Positions 20,859 through 30,111 of a stretch of 64,000 nucleotides of DNA are shown piece by piece. The DNA lies in assembly GCA_963770565.1 (NCBI GenBank), contig CAVYQE010000011.1, positions 32,001 to 96,000 on the forward strand, given 5' to 3'. Source of the DNA: an uncultured Actinomycetota bacterium. Lineage in GTDB: Bacteria; Actinomycetota; Actinomycetes; JAFAQI01. The notes under the pieces were generated by a model, which was not told where the DNA came from, ran no database searches, and worked only from the letters and a program-made list of their open reading frames with translations. Both the position numbers and the translations under genes were made by a program. How positions within the stretch are numbered: the first letter of the stretch is position 1; each line of letters opens with the position of its first letter.

Positions 20859-22034
20859 ATGCGGATCGCGTACACCGACGAGCAGATCTTGCTGCGCGAC
20901 GAGCTGCGGGCGTACTTCAAGGACATCGTCACGCCCGAGGTAGCGGAGGAGATGGCCCAGGGCGAGATGGGCGGCACGCGCTGCCTCGAAGCGGTCGCCC
21001 GGATGGGAGCGGACGGCTGGCTCGGGGTCGGCTGGCCGGTCGACCTCGGCGGCCGAGGCTTCGGGCCGATGGAGCAGTTCATCTTCTACGACGAGGCCCA
21101 GCGGGCCGGCGCACCGGTCCCGTTCCTGTCGATCAACACGGTCGGCCCCGCGTTGATGCAGTTCGGGTCGGAGGAGCTCAAGCGCGACATCCTGCCGCGG
21201 ATCCTGACCGGCCGGTGCTTCGTGTCGATCGGCTACTCCGAGCCTGGCGCGGGCACCGATCTCGCCTCCCTGACGACCCGCGCGGTCCGCGACGGCGACG
21301 AGTGGGTGATCAACGGCCAGAAGATCTACACCAGCCTGACCGACCACGCCGACTACATCTGGCTGGCCTGTCGGACCGATCCCGATGCCGCCAAGCACAA
21401 GGGAATCAGCATCGTCATGGTGCCGACCACCTCACCGGGCTTCTCGTTCACGCCGATCCACACCATCGGCGACGCGACGACGTACGCGACGTACTACCAA
21501 GACGTCCGGGTGCCGGTCGCCAACACGGTCGGCGAGATCAACGGCGGCTGGACCGTCATCACGACGCAGCTGAACTACGAGCGGATCTCGCTCGCGGTGC
21601 CGGCGCACCTCGAGCGCAACTACCTCGAGACCCGGCGGTGGGCTCAGCAGACCAAACTGCCCGACGGCCGCCGGGTGATCGACCAGGAGTGGGTGCAGAC
21701 GCACCTGGCGACCGTGCATGCCCGGCTGGAAGCGTTGCGGCTGCTCAACTGGAAGAACATCTGGCAGGACAGTGTCGGCAAGGTCAGCATCGCCGACTCC
21801 TCGGCGGTGAAGGTCTACGGCACCACCACCTACTGCGAGTGCTACGGCATGTTGCTCGAGGTGCTCGGCGCGGCCGGAGTGCTGAAGCGGAGCTCGCCCG
21901 GTGCCGTGCTGGCCGGCCGGCTCGAGCGCTCCTATCGCGGCACCTTGATCCTGACCTTCGGTGGAGGCACCAACGAGATCCAGCGAGATCTCATCGCCAT
22001 CTTCGGCCTCGGCATGCCGAGATCGTTGCGGTAG
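20859..22034 (+). CDS. fadE26: Acyl-CoA dehydrogenase FadE26 (ChsE4)-like
   Basis: MRIAYT..LRDELRAYF, IGYSEPGAGTDLASL, LTFGGGTNEIQRD. Confidence 0.85.
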   Translation: MRIAYTDEQILLRDELRAYFKDIVTPEVAEEMAQGEMGGTRCLEAVARMGADGWLGVGWPVDLGGRGFGPMEQFIFYDEAQRAGAPVPFLSINTVGPALMQFGSEELKRDILPRILTGRCFVSIGYSEPGAGTDLASLTTRAVRDGDEWVINGQKIYTSLTDHADYIWLACRTDPDAAKHKGISIVMVPTTSPGFSFTPIHTIGDATTYATYYQDVRVPVANTVGEINGGWTVITTQLNYERISLAVPAHLERNYLETRRWAQQTKLPDGRRVIDQEWVQTHLATVHARLEALRLLNWKNIWQDSVGKVSIADSSAVKVYGTTTYCECYGMLLEVLGAAGVLKRSSPGAVLAGRLERSYRGTLILTFGGGTNEIQRDLIAIFGLGMPRSLR

Positions 22035-22043
22035 GGGGACCCG

Positions 22044-23147
22044 ATGGACTTCGCACTCACCGACGACCAGCTGGCCTTGCAGCAGCTGGCCCGGGAGATC
22101 CTGACCGAACAGGTCACCAATGCCCACCTGCAGGCCCTGGAGGCGGCGAGTACAGAGTCGGTCTTCGACCGGGCGTTGTGGAAGCAGCTTGCCGCGGCCG
22201 GGCTCACGGGCATCGCGGTGCCCGAGCAGTACGGCGGCGCCGGCCTCGGCTTCCTCGAGCTCGCGATCGTCTTCGAAGCGGTCGGCCGCTCGGTCGCCCC
22301 GGTGCCGGCGGTTGCGACCCTTGCGACCGCTTACGTCCTGCATCGCGATGCTGCTGACTCGCTTGCCGAGGCGCTCGCGGGGGTGCTGCCGGGGGTGGCG
22401 GCCGGCGACGTCGTCCTCACGACCGCATTCGGCGATCCCGGCGACACGGTCGCCAAGCGCGACGGGGACGGGTGGATTTTGAGCGGCACCAAGGGGTTCG
22501 TGCCGTACGGCGCTGAGGCCGACGTCATCGTCGTACCGGCGCACAGCGATGACGGGGTGGTCGTCGCGTTGGTCGGCAAGGGCGCCGCGGGGCTGACCGT
22601 CACCGAGCTGCACACGACGAACCGTGAGCCGCAGGCGATGCTTGAGCTCACTGACATCCGGGTCGATCCGGCCGATGCTGTGCGTGACGCGGGCGACCTC
22701 GTCGCCGATCTCGTCCGCCACCACACCTCTGCACTGGCGATGGTCGTCGCCGGGGTCTGCGAGGCCGCGCTGGCGATGACCGCGAAGCACACCTCGACGC
22801 GCGAGCAGTTCGGCAAACCGATCGCGTCGTTCCAAGCTGTCGGCCAGCGCGCCGCCGACGCCTACATCGACACCGAGCTGATCCGGCTCACCGCGCTGCA
22901 AGCGGCCTGGCGGCTCTCGGCGGGGTGGGACGCCGACGAGGAGATCGCGGTCGCGAAGTTCTGGGCCGGCGACGGCGGGATGCGCGCGATGCATGCCTGC
23001 CTGCACTTGCACGGCGGGCTCGGTGTCGACGTCGAGTATCCGTTGCATCGCTATTTCTTGTGGTGCAAGCAGATCGAGCACGAGCTCGGCACGCCGACCA
23101 GGCAGCTGATCGAGCTCGGCGCGCACCTCGCTGCGACGCCGGTGTAA
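22044..23147 (+). CDS. fadE27: Acyl-CoA dehydrogenase FadE27 (ChsE5)-like
   Basis: MDFAL, REQFGKPIASFQAV..ADAYID, HLHGGLGVD..HRYF; paired with fadE26. Confidence 0.82.
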   Translation: MDFALTDDQLALQQLAREILTEQVTNAHLQALEAASTESVFDRALWKQLAAAGLTGIAVPEQYGGAGLGFLELAIVFEAVGRSVAPVPAVATLATAYVLHRDAADSLAEALAGVLPGVAAGDVVLTTAFGDPGDTVAKRDGDGWILSGTKGFVPYGAEADVIVVPAHSDDGVVVALVGKGAAGLTVTELHTTNREPQAMLELTDIRVDPADAVRDAGDLVADLVRHHTSALAMVVAGVCEAALAMTAKHTSTREQFGKPIASFQAVGQRAADAYIDTELIRLTALQAAWRLSAGWDADEEIAVAKFWAGDGGMRAMHACLHLHGGLGVDVEYPLHRYFLWCKQIEHELGTPTRQLIELGAHLAATPV

Positions 23148-23157
23148 CGGGGCCGAC

Positions 23158-24759
23158 GTGGACTACAACCTCGCGGACATCTTCGAGTCGCTCGTCGACG
23201 TGGTCGGCGATCGAGAGGCGTTGGTGTGCGGCGATCGCCGGCTGACCTACGCCGAGCTCGACGCCCGGGCCAATCGGCTCGCCCACTACCTGCTGAGCAT
23301 CGGGATCGTGCCGGGCGACCACGTCGGCGTCCAGCTCTACAACTGCACGGAGTACGTCGAGACGATGATCGCCTGCTTCAAGGTGCGGGCGGTGCCGGTC
23401 AACGTCAACTACCGGTACGTCGAGGACGAGCTGCTCTATCTCTACAACGACGCCGACCTGGTCGCGCTCGTGCACGACACCGAGTTCACGCCCCGGGTTG
23501 CCGCGGTTCGTGCGCAGGCGCCGACGCTCCGGGCGCTGATCGCGGTCGGCGACGGCGAGGTGCCCGACGGCGCGGTCCGCTTCGACGACGCGGTGTTCGG
23601 TCAGCCGGGCACTCGCGGCTTCGGCCCGCGTTCGGCGGACGACCTCTACATCATCTACACCGGCGGCACCACCGGCATGCCGAAGGGCGTGATGTGGCGG
23701 CAGGAGGACCTGTTCTTTGCCGGGATGGGTGGTGCGGACCCGGTCGGCACCCCGGTGACCTATCCCGAGGAGGTGGCCGAGCGGGCGGTCAACCGTGGCG
23801 AGCTCACGATGTTCCCGGTCGCGCCGCTGATGCACGGGGCGGCCCAGCTCGGGACCTGGATCGGATTCCTCCAGGCCGCCCGGGTGGTGCTGGTCCGCAA
23901 GTTCGACCCGGTCGACGTCCTCGAGACCGCGTCGCGCGAGCGGGCAAACTCGCTGTCGATCGTCGGCGACGCGATGGCCCGGCCGATCGCCGAGACGTTG
24001 GCCGGTCCGTTACAGGGCCTCGACTTGTCGTCGGTGTTCGCGATCAGCTCGGCCGGCGCGATCCTGTCCAAGAGCGTCCGCGACACCCTCCAGGGGCTGC
24101 TGCCCAACGTGATGCTGCTCGACAACTACGGGGCGTCCGAGACCGGGTTCCAGGGCACCGGAACGGCCGGCTCGAGTCCCGATGCCGGGCTGAAGTTCAC
24201 CGTCAATGCCCGGTCGAGCGTGCTCGGCGACGACCTCCGGCCGATCAAGCCGGGTTCCGGAGCGATCGGCCGGGTCGCGCAGCGCGGGCACGTGCCGCTC
24301 GGCTACTACAAGGACGAGGTCAAGACCAAACAGAGCTTCGTGACGATCGACGGCGAGCGCTGGGTCCTGCTCGGTGACGCGGCGACGATCGAGGCCGACG
24401 GCACGATCGCGGTGCTGGGCCGGCACTCGGTCTGCATCAACACCGGCGGCGAGAAGGTCTATCCGGAGGAGGTCGAGGCCGCGCTCAAGGCGCACCCCGC
24501 GGTGTACGACGCGATCGTGACCGGGGTGCCGGACGACCGCTACGGGCAGCGGGTGGCCGCGCTCGTCCAGGTGCGGCCGGGCATGGCCGTGCCAAGCAAG
24601 GACGAGCTCGCGGAGCACTGCCGGACCCGAGTGGCCGGATACAAGGTGCCGCGGGTGCTCGTCGTCGTACCGGAGATCCGGCGCTCGCCGAGCGGTAAGG
24701 CGGACTATCCGTGGGCCGCCGCGGTCGCGAGCGAGTCGACCACGTTGGGGATCGCATGA
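23158..24759 (+). CDS. fadD19: Steroid acyl-CoA ligase FadD19-like
   Basis: NLADIFE, NVNYRYVEDEL, YTGGTTGMPKGVMWRQED, RSPSGKADY. Confidence 0.87.
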   Translation: MDYNLADIFESLVDVVGDREALVCGDRRLTYAELDARANRLAHYLLSIGIVPGDHVGVQLYNCTEYVETMIACFKVRAVPVNVNYRYVEDELLYLYNDADLVALVHDTEFTPRVAAVRAQAPTLRALIAVGDGEVPDGAVRFDDAVFGQPGTRGFGPRSADDLYIIYTGGTTGMPKGVMWRQEDLFFAGMGGADPVGTPVTYPEEVAERAVNRGELTMFPVAPLMHGAAQLGTWIGFLQAARVVLVRKFDPVDVLETASRERANSLSIVGDAMARPIAETLAGPLQGLDLSSVFAISSAGAILSKSVRDTLQGLLPNVMLLDNYGASETGFQGTGTAGSSPDAGLKFTVNARSSVLGDDLRPIKPGSGAIGRVAQRGHVPLGYYKDEVKTKQSFVTIDGERWVLLGDAATIEADGTIAVLGRHSVCINTGGEKVYPEEVEAALKAHPAVYDAIVTGVPDDRYGQRVAALVQVRPGMAVPSKDELAEHCRTRVAGYKVPRVLVVVPEIRRSPSGKADYPWAAAVASESTTLGIA

Positions 24760-25367
24760 CCGTCACCTCGGACCCGACCAGCCAGCGGCTTCCCCCCGCG
24801 TCACAGCGGGCTCGCCGCGAACGCATCCTCGACGCCGCGGTGGAGCTGGCGACCGAAGGCGGGTACGACGCGGTGCAGATGCGCGAGGTGGCCGAGCGCG
24901 CTGATGTGGCGCTTGGCACGCTCTACCGCTACTTCCCGTCAAAGGTGCACCTGCTGGTCTCGGCGATGGGCCGGACCTTCCAAGCGCTGCAGGACAGCGT
25001 TGCGGTCAGCGACGATGCCGGCAGTACGCCGGAGGAGCGGGTGTATCGGGTGGTTGCGGTCGTCACCCGCTACCTCGCCCGGCACCGACGGTTGTCGGGC
25101 GCGATGATCCGGGCGTTGATGATCGCCGACGCCGATGCGGGCCGCGAGGTCGATGCCGTGAGCGACCTGATGGTCGGGTTCATCACCTCGGCCAGCCATG
25201 ACCCGGGCTCGACCCCGACCGATCGCGACGCGCTGATCGCGCACATCATCGGCAAGGTCTGGCTCACCGACGTGCTGACGCTGCTCTCCCGCCGGATGAC
25301 GGTGTCGGCGGTGCTCGACGACCTCGAGGCCACCATCGCGCTCGTGATGTCGCGCGCGGCGGAGTAG
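24756..25367 (+). CDS. kstR: TetR-family sterol catabolism repressor KstR
   Basis: GGYDAVQMREVAERADVALGTLYRYFPSKVHLLVSA, the KstR HTH; KstR boxes occur in the same window. Confidence 0.88.
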   Translation: MTVTSDPTSQRLPPASQRARRERILDAAVELATEGGYDAVQMREVAERADVALGTLYRYFPSKVHLLVSAMGRTFQALQDSVAVSDDAGSTPEERVYRVVAVVTRYLARHRRLSGAMIRALMIADADAGREVDAVSDLMVGFITSASHDPGSTPTDRDALIAHIIGKVWLTDVLTLLSRRMTVSAVLDDLEATIALVMSRAAE

Positions 25368-25368
25368 T

Positions 25369-26121
25369 TCAGTCGGTCCGCGGTCCGGGGATCCCGCGGA
25401 AGCGGAACACTTCGCCCGGCCGGCCCGGCTGGATGTACCAGCACTCGCCGGACCGCCCGCTGGTCGCGGCGGAGATGACCGCGTCGACGACCATCTCGAC
25501 CGGGATCAGCGGGATCCCGCTCTCGGTCAGGATCTCGCGCAGCGGGTCGACGATCGCGGTGTTGGAGAAGCCGGGACAGATCGCGTTGACCCGGATGCCG
25601 AACTGCGGCCACTCGTCGCCGATCGCCCGGACCAGCCCGACCACGCCGTGCTTGTTGGCGCCGTAGATCGGGTCGAAGCCGGTGCCGGTCAGCCCGGCGA
25701 GGCTCGCGGTGGCCACGATGTCGCCGCCGCCCGCGGCCTTCATCGCCCCGAAGACCGAGTGCGCCCCGAAGACGACACCGTCGAGGTTCACGCCCATCGC
25801 CCGGCGGTAGACCGCGAGGTCGAAGTCATCGCCGACCCCGCAGCCGGTCGCGATGCCGGCGTTGAGGAAGGCGATGTCGACCCGGCCGAAGTGCTCGAGC
25901 ACGGTCGCGACCGCGGCCTGGCACTGCTCGAGGCTCGAGACGTCGCAGGGCGCGGCGAGGCCGCCGATCTCTTCCGCGACCGACGCGGCCGACTCGCGGT
26001 TGATGTCGGACACGACGACCGTGGCACCGAGCGAGGCGAACCGCCGCGCCGCACCGGCGCCGAAGCCCTGCCCGCCGCCTGTCACCCAGGCAACCTTGCC
26101 GGTGAGGTCCGGGGACATCAT
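25369..26121 (-). CDS. SDR oxidoreductase
   Basis: TGGGQGFG, LNAG, YGANK. Confidence 0.88.
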   Translation of the reverse strand: MMSPDLTGKVAWVTGGGQGFGAGAARRFASLGATVVVSDINRESAASVAEEIGGLAAPCDVSSLEQCQAAVATVLEHFGRVDIAFLNAGIATGCGVGDDFDLAVYRRAMGVNLDGVVFGAHSVFGAMKAAGGGDIVATASLAGLTGTGFDPIYGANKHGVVGLVRAIGDEWPQFGIRVNAICPGFSNTAIVDPLREILTESGIPLIPVEMVVDAVISAATSGRSGECWYIQPGRPGEVFRFRGIPGPRTD

Positions 26122-26990
26122 GCCGGGGCGCCGAAGAGTGAGCCGCTGATCGCTCTCGACCACGGCCGGGCCAGCTCGCGCAGCCGCTCGGTGCGATCGG
26201 CACCGAGATGCAGGTACGGCCGGGCGTCGGCCGCGTCGGTCCGGGCTTCGACCGTGGCGCGTAGCGCGATGCATTCGTCAGTTGGCGCACCGGCGGCGTC
26301 GAGCAGTCCGCGGTCGCGTAGCCGGTCGGCGGCCTGGGTCCACGCCTCGTCCGGCCACCCCCGGGTCGCGCGCAGCATCGCCTCGAACCCGTTCTGCCCG
26401 AGCGGGTCGTAGCTGACCATCGCCTCGACCGCGTCGAGGCCGGCGACGACGAGTGCGGCGATGTGGCTGTCCCCGCGGTGCTCGCGGAGCAGCGTCTGCG
26501 CGTGGAACAGCTGCAGGTGGGCCGGCTCCGGCCAGTCGAGAGCGGCATGTGCGGCGTACAGCGGGCGGCCTTCGGTGGCCAGCACGGTGGTTGCCTCCCG
26601 GGCCAACGCGGCCGCCTCGGCCATCTCGTCGGAGGCCAGCACCTGCTCGCCCAGCACTCGGCGGTAGGCCTGGTCGGTGCCGGCGTACCGGGCCGCGATC
26701 ACCGCCTCCGGCGTCGTCACCTCCCAGACCGACGGGATCGCCTTGCGGATCGAAGTCGGCGCGAAGTTGTAGAAGGTCGCGATCACGACTTCCGCGGGCA
26801 CCCGGCCGAGCGGTGCGCTCCGGGAGGCGAAGTAGCCCCTCATCCCGCCCTTGATGCCGAGGTCGACGTAGTGCTGCGCGGGCTCGGCGGCGAAGTAGCA
26901 CAGGATGTGCAGCGGCTCGAGGGTCCGGTGCGCCTTGTGCGCCAGGGCGGAGCCGTCCACAAGGACCTCGTCGGGGCCGGGTGCAGTCAT
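26118..26990 (-). CDS. Conserved actinobacterial protein (SCO6745-like family)
   Basis: LEPLH, GYFASRSAPLG, ATFYNF, LREHRGDSH. Confidence 0.75.
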   Translation of the reverse strand: MTAPGPDEVLVDGSALAHKAHRTLEPLHILCYFAAEPAQHYVDLGIKGGMRGYFASRSAPLGRVPAEVVIATFYNFAPTSIRKAIPSVWEVTTPEAVIAARYAGTDQAYRRVLGEQVLASDEMAEAAALAREATTVLATEGRPLYAAHAALDWPEPAHLQLFHAQTLLREHRGDSHIAALVVAGLDAVEAMVSYDPLGQNGFEAMLRATRGWPDEAWTQAADRLRDRGLLDAAGAPTDECIALRATVEARTDAADARPYLHLGADRTERLRELARPWSRAISGSLFGAPA

Positions 26991-27213
26991 GGCCGAACCT
27001 TATTCGGTGGCCGACGTGAGGCGCCGTTGCGGGTCTCGGGAGCCGCTCGGATCGGGTCGGGCGACGGCAATTTCTGAAATCTGACGCCGCATCAGAAACA
27101 GTTGTCACACCCGTAACAGGTTTTCCGCAAACGATTGCAGGGACCCCTGGTCAAGATCCACTTCGGGCGCTAATGTGCGCCGCAGGCCGCCATTTCGGGC
27201 GGCTCAGCAGCGT

Positions 27214-27380
27214 GGACGCCAAATCCCGCCACCACGGTGCCTGGACTGACCGAACGTGGGCGGGAGCGGAGGACCCACCGTCCTCGGGCATCAGATCCCC
27301 CTGATGCCCTTGGGGTGAAGCCGCGCAAGCGGCCGGGCGATTCTCGCGTCCGAACCCGACAGCTAACTTCGCCGGCGTCC
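27214..27380 (+). ncRNA. c-di-AMP (ydaO/yuaA) riboswitch
   Basis: P1 GGACGCC/GGCGTCC; GCCAAATCC, GGAGGACCCA, GGGGTGAA and CCGAACCCGACAGCTAAC hallmark segments; upstream of rpf. Confidence 0.9.
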
Positions 27381-27395
27381 GAGGAAGAACACCCG

Positions 27396-27734
27396 GTGCG
27401 GTTGTGCAGTCCCCGGCTAGGCGGCGCTGTCGTTGCGCTTGGCCTGTTCGTGTCGGCGGTCGCGACCGCGGCCCCGGTCGGCGCGTCCGAGCCGCTCAAG
27501 GTCGAGCTCCACAAGCTGCGGATCTGCGAGTCCGGCGACAACTACCGGGCCGACACCGGGAACGGTTACTACGGCGCGTACCAATTCGCGCTGGCCACCT
27601 GGCACGGCCTCGGCATGCACGGTCGCCCCGATCACGCCCGGCCGATCGTCCAGAACCGCGCGGCCCGGATGTTGCACGCGCGCGACGGTTGGAAGGCCTG
27701 GCCGGGCTGCGCCCGGACCGAACACCTTCGCTAG
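27396..27734 (+). CDS. rpf: Resuscitation-promoting factor (transglycosylase), minimal secreted form
   Basis: Signal peptide, then CESGDNY..TGNGYYGAYQF..TW..Q..A..L..GWKAWPGC. Confidence 0.9.
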   Translation: MRLCSPRLGGAVVALGLFVSAVATAAPVGASEPLKVELHKLRICESGDNYRADTGNGYYGAYQFALATWHGLGMHGRPDHARPIVQNRAARMLHARDGWKAWPGCARTEHLR

Positions 27735-27755
27735 CAGCTCACTGCAGGACTCAGC

Positions 27756-28547
27756 TCACTGCACGTCGCGGTGCCGCAGGAGGTACCAGCCGGTTCCGAT
27801 CGCCACCGCCACCCAGATCGCGAACACCCCGAGCCCGGTCCACGGACCGAGGGAGTTCGTCGGGTCGCGGACGACGCTCGTGATCGCGCCGCCCGCGTTC
27901 GCGGGAAAGTAGCGGGCCAGGTCGTGCTGCCAGTTCTTCGGCAGCGCGTTGCTCACCGCGGGCAGGATGAATACCAGCCCGACCAGCGTCGTGATCGCAC
28001 CGGCGGTGTGCCGGATGATGATCGCCAGGCCCATCGCGAACAACATCAGCCCGGCCATGTAGAGCCCGACCCCGATCACGGCCCGCAGCACACCCGGATC
28101 GCTCAGCGTCACGTTGAGGTGCCGGCCGCTGAAGATGGCCTGGCCGATGAAGAACGCCCCGAACCCGGTGGCCAACGCGACCACCATCCCGGTCAGCCCG
28201 ACGATCACCGACTTGGCAGCCAGGACGTATCCGCGCTGCGGCACCGCGCACAACGTCGTACGGATCGTGCCGGAGCTGTACTCCGAGCTGATCGCCATGA
28301 TCGCCAGCACGCCGAGTGCGAGCTGCGAGAAGAACAGCCCGGCCGTACTCAGCGAGGTCGGATCGAAGGTCAGCCGGTCCTGTGCCGAGAACTTGGGATA
28401 GGCGTGCTCGTTGGCGGCCGCGATCGCCGCGCTGAGCCCGATCCCGAGCACGACGGCGATCAGGATCGACCAGTACGTCGAGCGCACTGTTCGCAGTTTG
28501 GTCCACTCCGAGGTGAGGACGTCGCGGAAGAGTCCGAGATCGATCAT
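27756..28547 (-). CDS. ABC-2 type permease
   Basis: SEWTKLRTVRST, SSEYSSGTIRTTL, about six TM segments. Confidence 0.88.
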   Translation of the reverse strand: MIDLGLFRDVLTSEWTKLRTVRSTYWSILIAVVLGIGLSAAIAAANEHAYPKFSAQDRLTFDPTSLSTAGLFFSQLALGVLAIMAISSEYSSGTIRTTLCAVPQRGYVLAAKSVIVGLTGMVVALATGFGAFFIGQAIFSGRHLNVTLSDPGVLRAVIGVGLYMAGLMLFAMGLAIIIRHTAGAITTLVGLVFILPAVSNALPKNWQHDLARYFPANAGGAITSVVRDPTNSLGPWTGLGVFAIWVAVAIGTGWYLLRHRDVQ

Positions 28548-29482
28548 GCCGGCATCCCTTCGGTGGTGGCCGCGGGTTGGCCGGGTGCGCGGAAGTCGGC
28601 GGAGTCCTCGGTGAGCTCGATGAAGGCCTCTTCGAGCGACGCCTGCGCGAGCACCAGCTCGTGCAGCGTGATCCCGTTGGCCGCGGCCAGGTCACCGATC
28701 GCTTCCTGCGTCATGCCCGTGATCGCGAGGGTCGAGTCACCGCCCGGTTCGACCTGGCCGCCGCCGGCCTTGACCAGCTCCGCGAGCGCGGTCGCCTGCG
28801 GCGAGCGCACCCGGACGTGCGCGGCCGAGCTCATCCGGATGACCTCTTCGGTCGACGCATCGGCGATCAGCTTGCCCCGGCCGATGACGAGGAGGTGATC
28901 GGCAGTGAGCGACATCTCGGTCATCAGATGGCTTGAGACGAACACCGTCTTGCCCTGGCTGGCGACGTGCTTGAGCAGGTTGCGGACCCACAGGATGCCC
29001 TCGGGGTCGAGGCCGTTGACCGGCTCGTCGAGGATCAGGATCGACGGGTCGCCGAGCAACGCGGTCGCGATCCCGAGCCGCTGGCCCATGCCGAGCGAGA
29101 AGCCGCCGGCCCGCTTGTGGGCCACCGTGTCGAGGCCGACCAGCGCAAGGACTTCGTCGATCCGCTTGCGGGGGATGTGGTTGGTCTGGGCGATCGCGAG
29201 CAGGTGGTTGTAGGCGGTCCGCCCGTTGTGGATCGCCTTCGCCTCGAGCAGCGCACCCACCTCGAAGAGCGGCCGGCGGTGGCCGGCGTACGGAGACCCG
29301 TTGACCGTGACCGAGCCCTTGCTCGCCCGGTCGAGGCCGAGGATGAGCCGCATCGTCGTCGACTTCCCGGCCCCGTTGGGCCCGAGGAACCCGGTCACCA
29401 GGCCGGGCTGGATGGTGAAGCTGAGGTCGTCGACGGCGAGGGTGTCGCCGTAGCGCTTGCTGAGCCCTTTGGCTTCGATCAT
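28544..29482 (-). CDS. ABC transporter ATP-binding protein (BcrA-like)
   Basis: GPNGAGKST, FSLGMGQR, LDEP. Confidence 0.92.
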   Translation of the reverse strand: MIEAKGLSKRYGDTLAVDDLSFTIQPGLVTGFLGPNGAGKSTTMRLILGLDRASKGSVTVNGSPYAGHRRPLFEVGALLEAKAIHNGRTAYNHLLAIAQTNHIPRKRIDEVLALVGLDTVAHKRAGGFSLGMGQRLGIATALLGDPSILILDEPVNGLDPEGILWVRNLLKHVASQGKTVFVSSHLMTEMSLTADHLLVIGRGKLIADASTEEVIRMSSAAHVRVRSPQATALAELVKAGGGQVEPGGDSTLAITGMTQEAIGDLAAANGITLHELVLAQASLEEAFIELTEDSADFRAPGQPAATTEGMPA

Positions 29483-29565
29483 GAGCTGGCCAGAACCTCC
29501 AGACGGTGATGCGGACAATCTGCACGTTACCGGCATCGTCCGGCCCGACGTCGAATGGTTTGGCG

Positions 29566-29592
29566 TGAACCGCCGCGGCGCGTCGCTCGTAC
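29566..29592 (+). promoter_or_regulatory. Putative ECF sigma promoter
   Basis: TGAACC-N16-CGTAC upstream of the secreted protein at 29656. Confidence 0.45.
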
Positions 29593-29655
29593 AACCGGCT
29601 AGAACCAGCCGCGGGTGCGCTCGCCCCGCGCTGAGATGACGCTCTAGGAGATGAC

Positions 29656-30111
29656 GTGGCTGCTCGAACTCGGATCGCACTCGTGACGTCGGTGGGGGCC
29701 CTGCTGGTCAGCGGGTTCGGCCTGGCCGGGGTCAGCTCTGGTGCGGCCGCGCCGGCGGCCAAGCCGGTCGGTTCGACGATCTCGCTGCGGCACACCAAGG
29801 ACGGCAAGGTCCTGGTCGGGGCCAACGGGCACTCGCTCTACACGTTCAGCTCGGACACCAAGAACCACTCCAACTGCGGCCCGGCCTGCCGCAAGCAGTG
29901 GCCGCCGGTGACCGCCACCGGCAAGCCGCACGCCGGCGCCGGGGTGAGCGCCAAGCACCTGGCCGTGATCAAGGGCCACCAGGTCACCTACTACGGCCAC
30001 CCGCTCTACACCTATTACAAGGACACCAAGGCCGGTCAGGTGAAGGGCGAAGGGCTGTTCAAGTTCGAGGGCTACTGGTACCTCACCAGCGCCAAAGGCG
30101 GCCTGCTCTAG
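29656..30111 (+). CDS. Secreted repeat protein with Yx(FWY)xxD motif (COG4315)
   Basis: Signal peptide; GHSLYTFSSD, C...C...WPP, QVTYYGHPLYTYYKD. Confidence 0.87.
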   Translation: MAARTRIALVTSVGALLVSGFGLAGVSSGAAAPAAKPVGSTISLRHTKDGKVLVGANGHSLYTFSSDTKNHSNCGPACRKQWPPVTATGKPHAGAGVSAKHLAVIKGHQVTYYGHPLYTYYKDTKAGQVKGEGLFKFEGYWYLTSAKGGLL

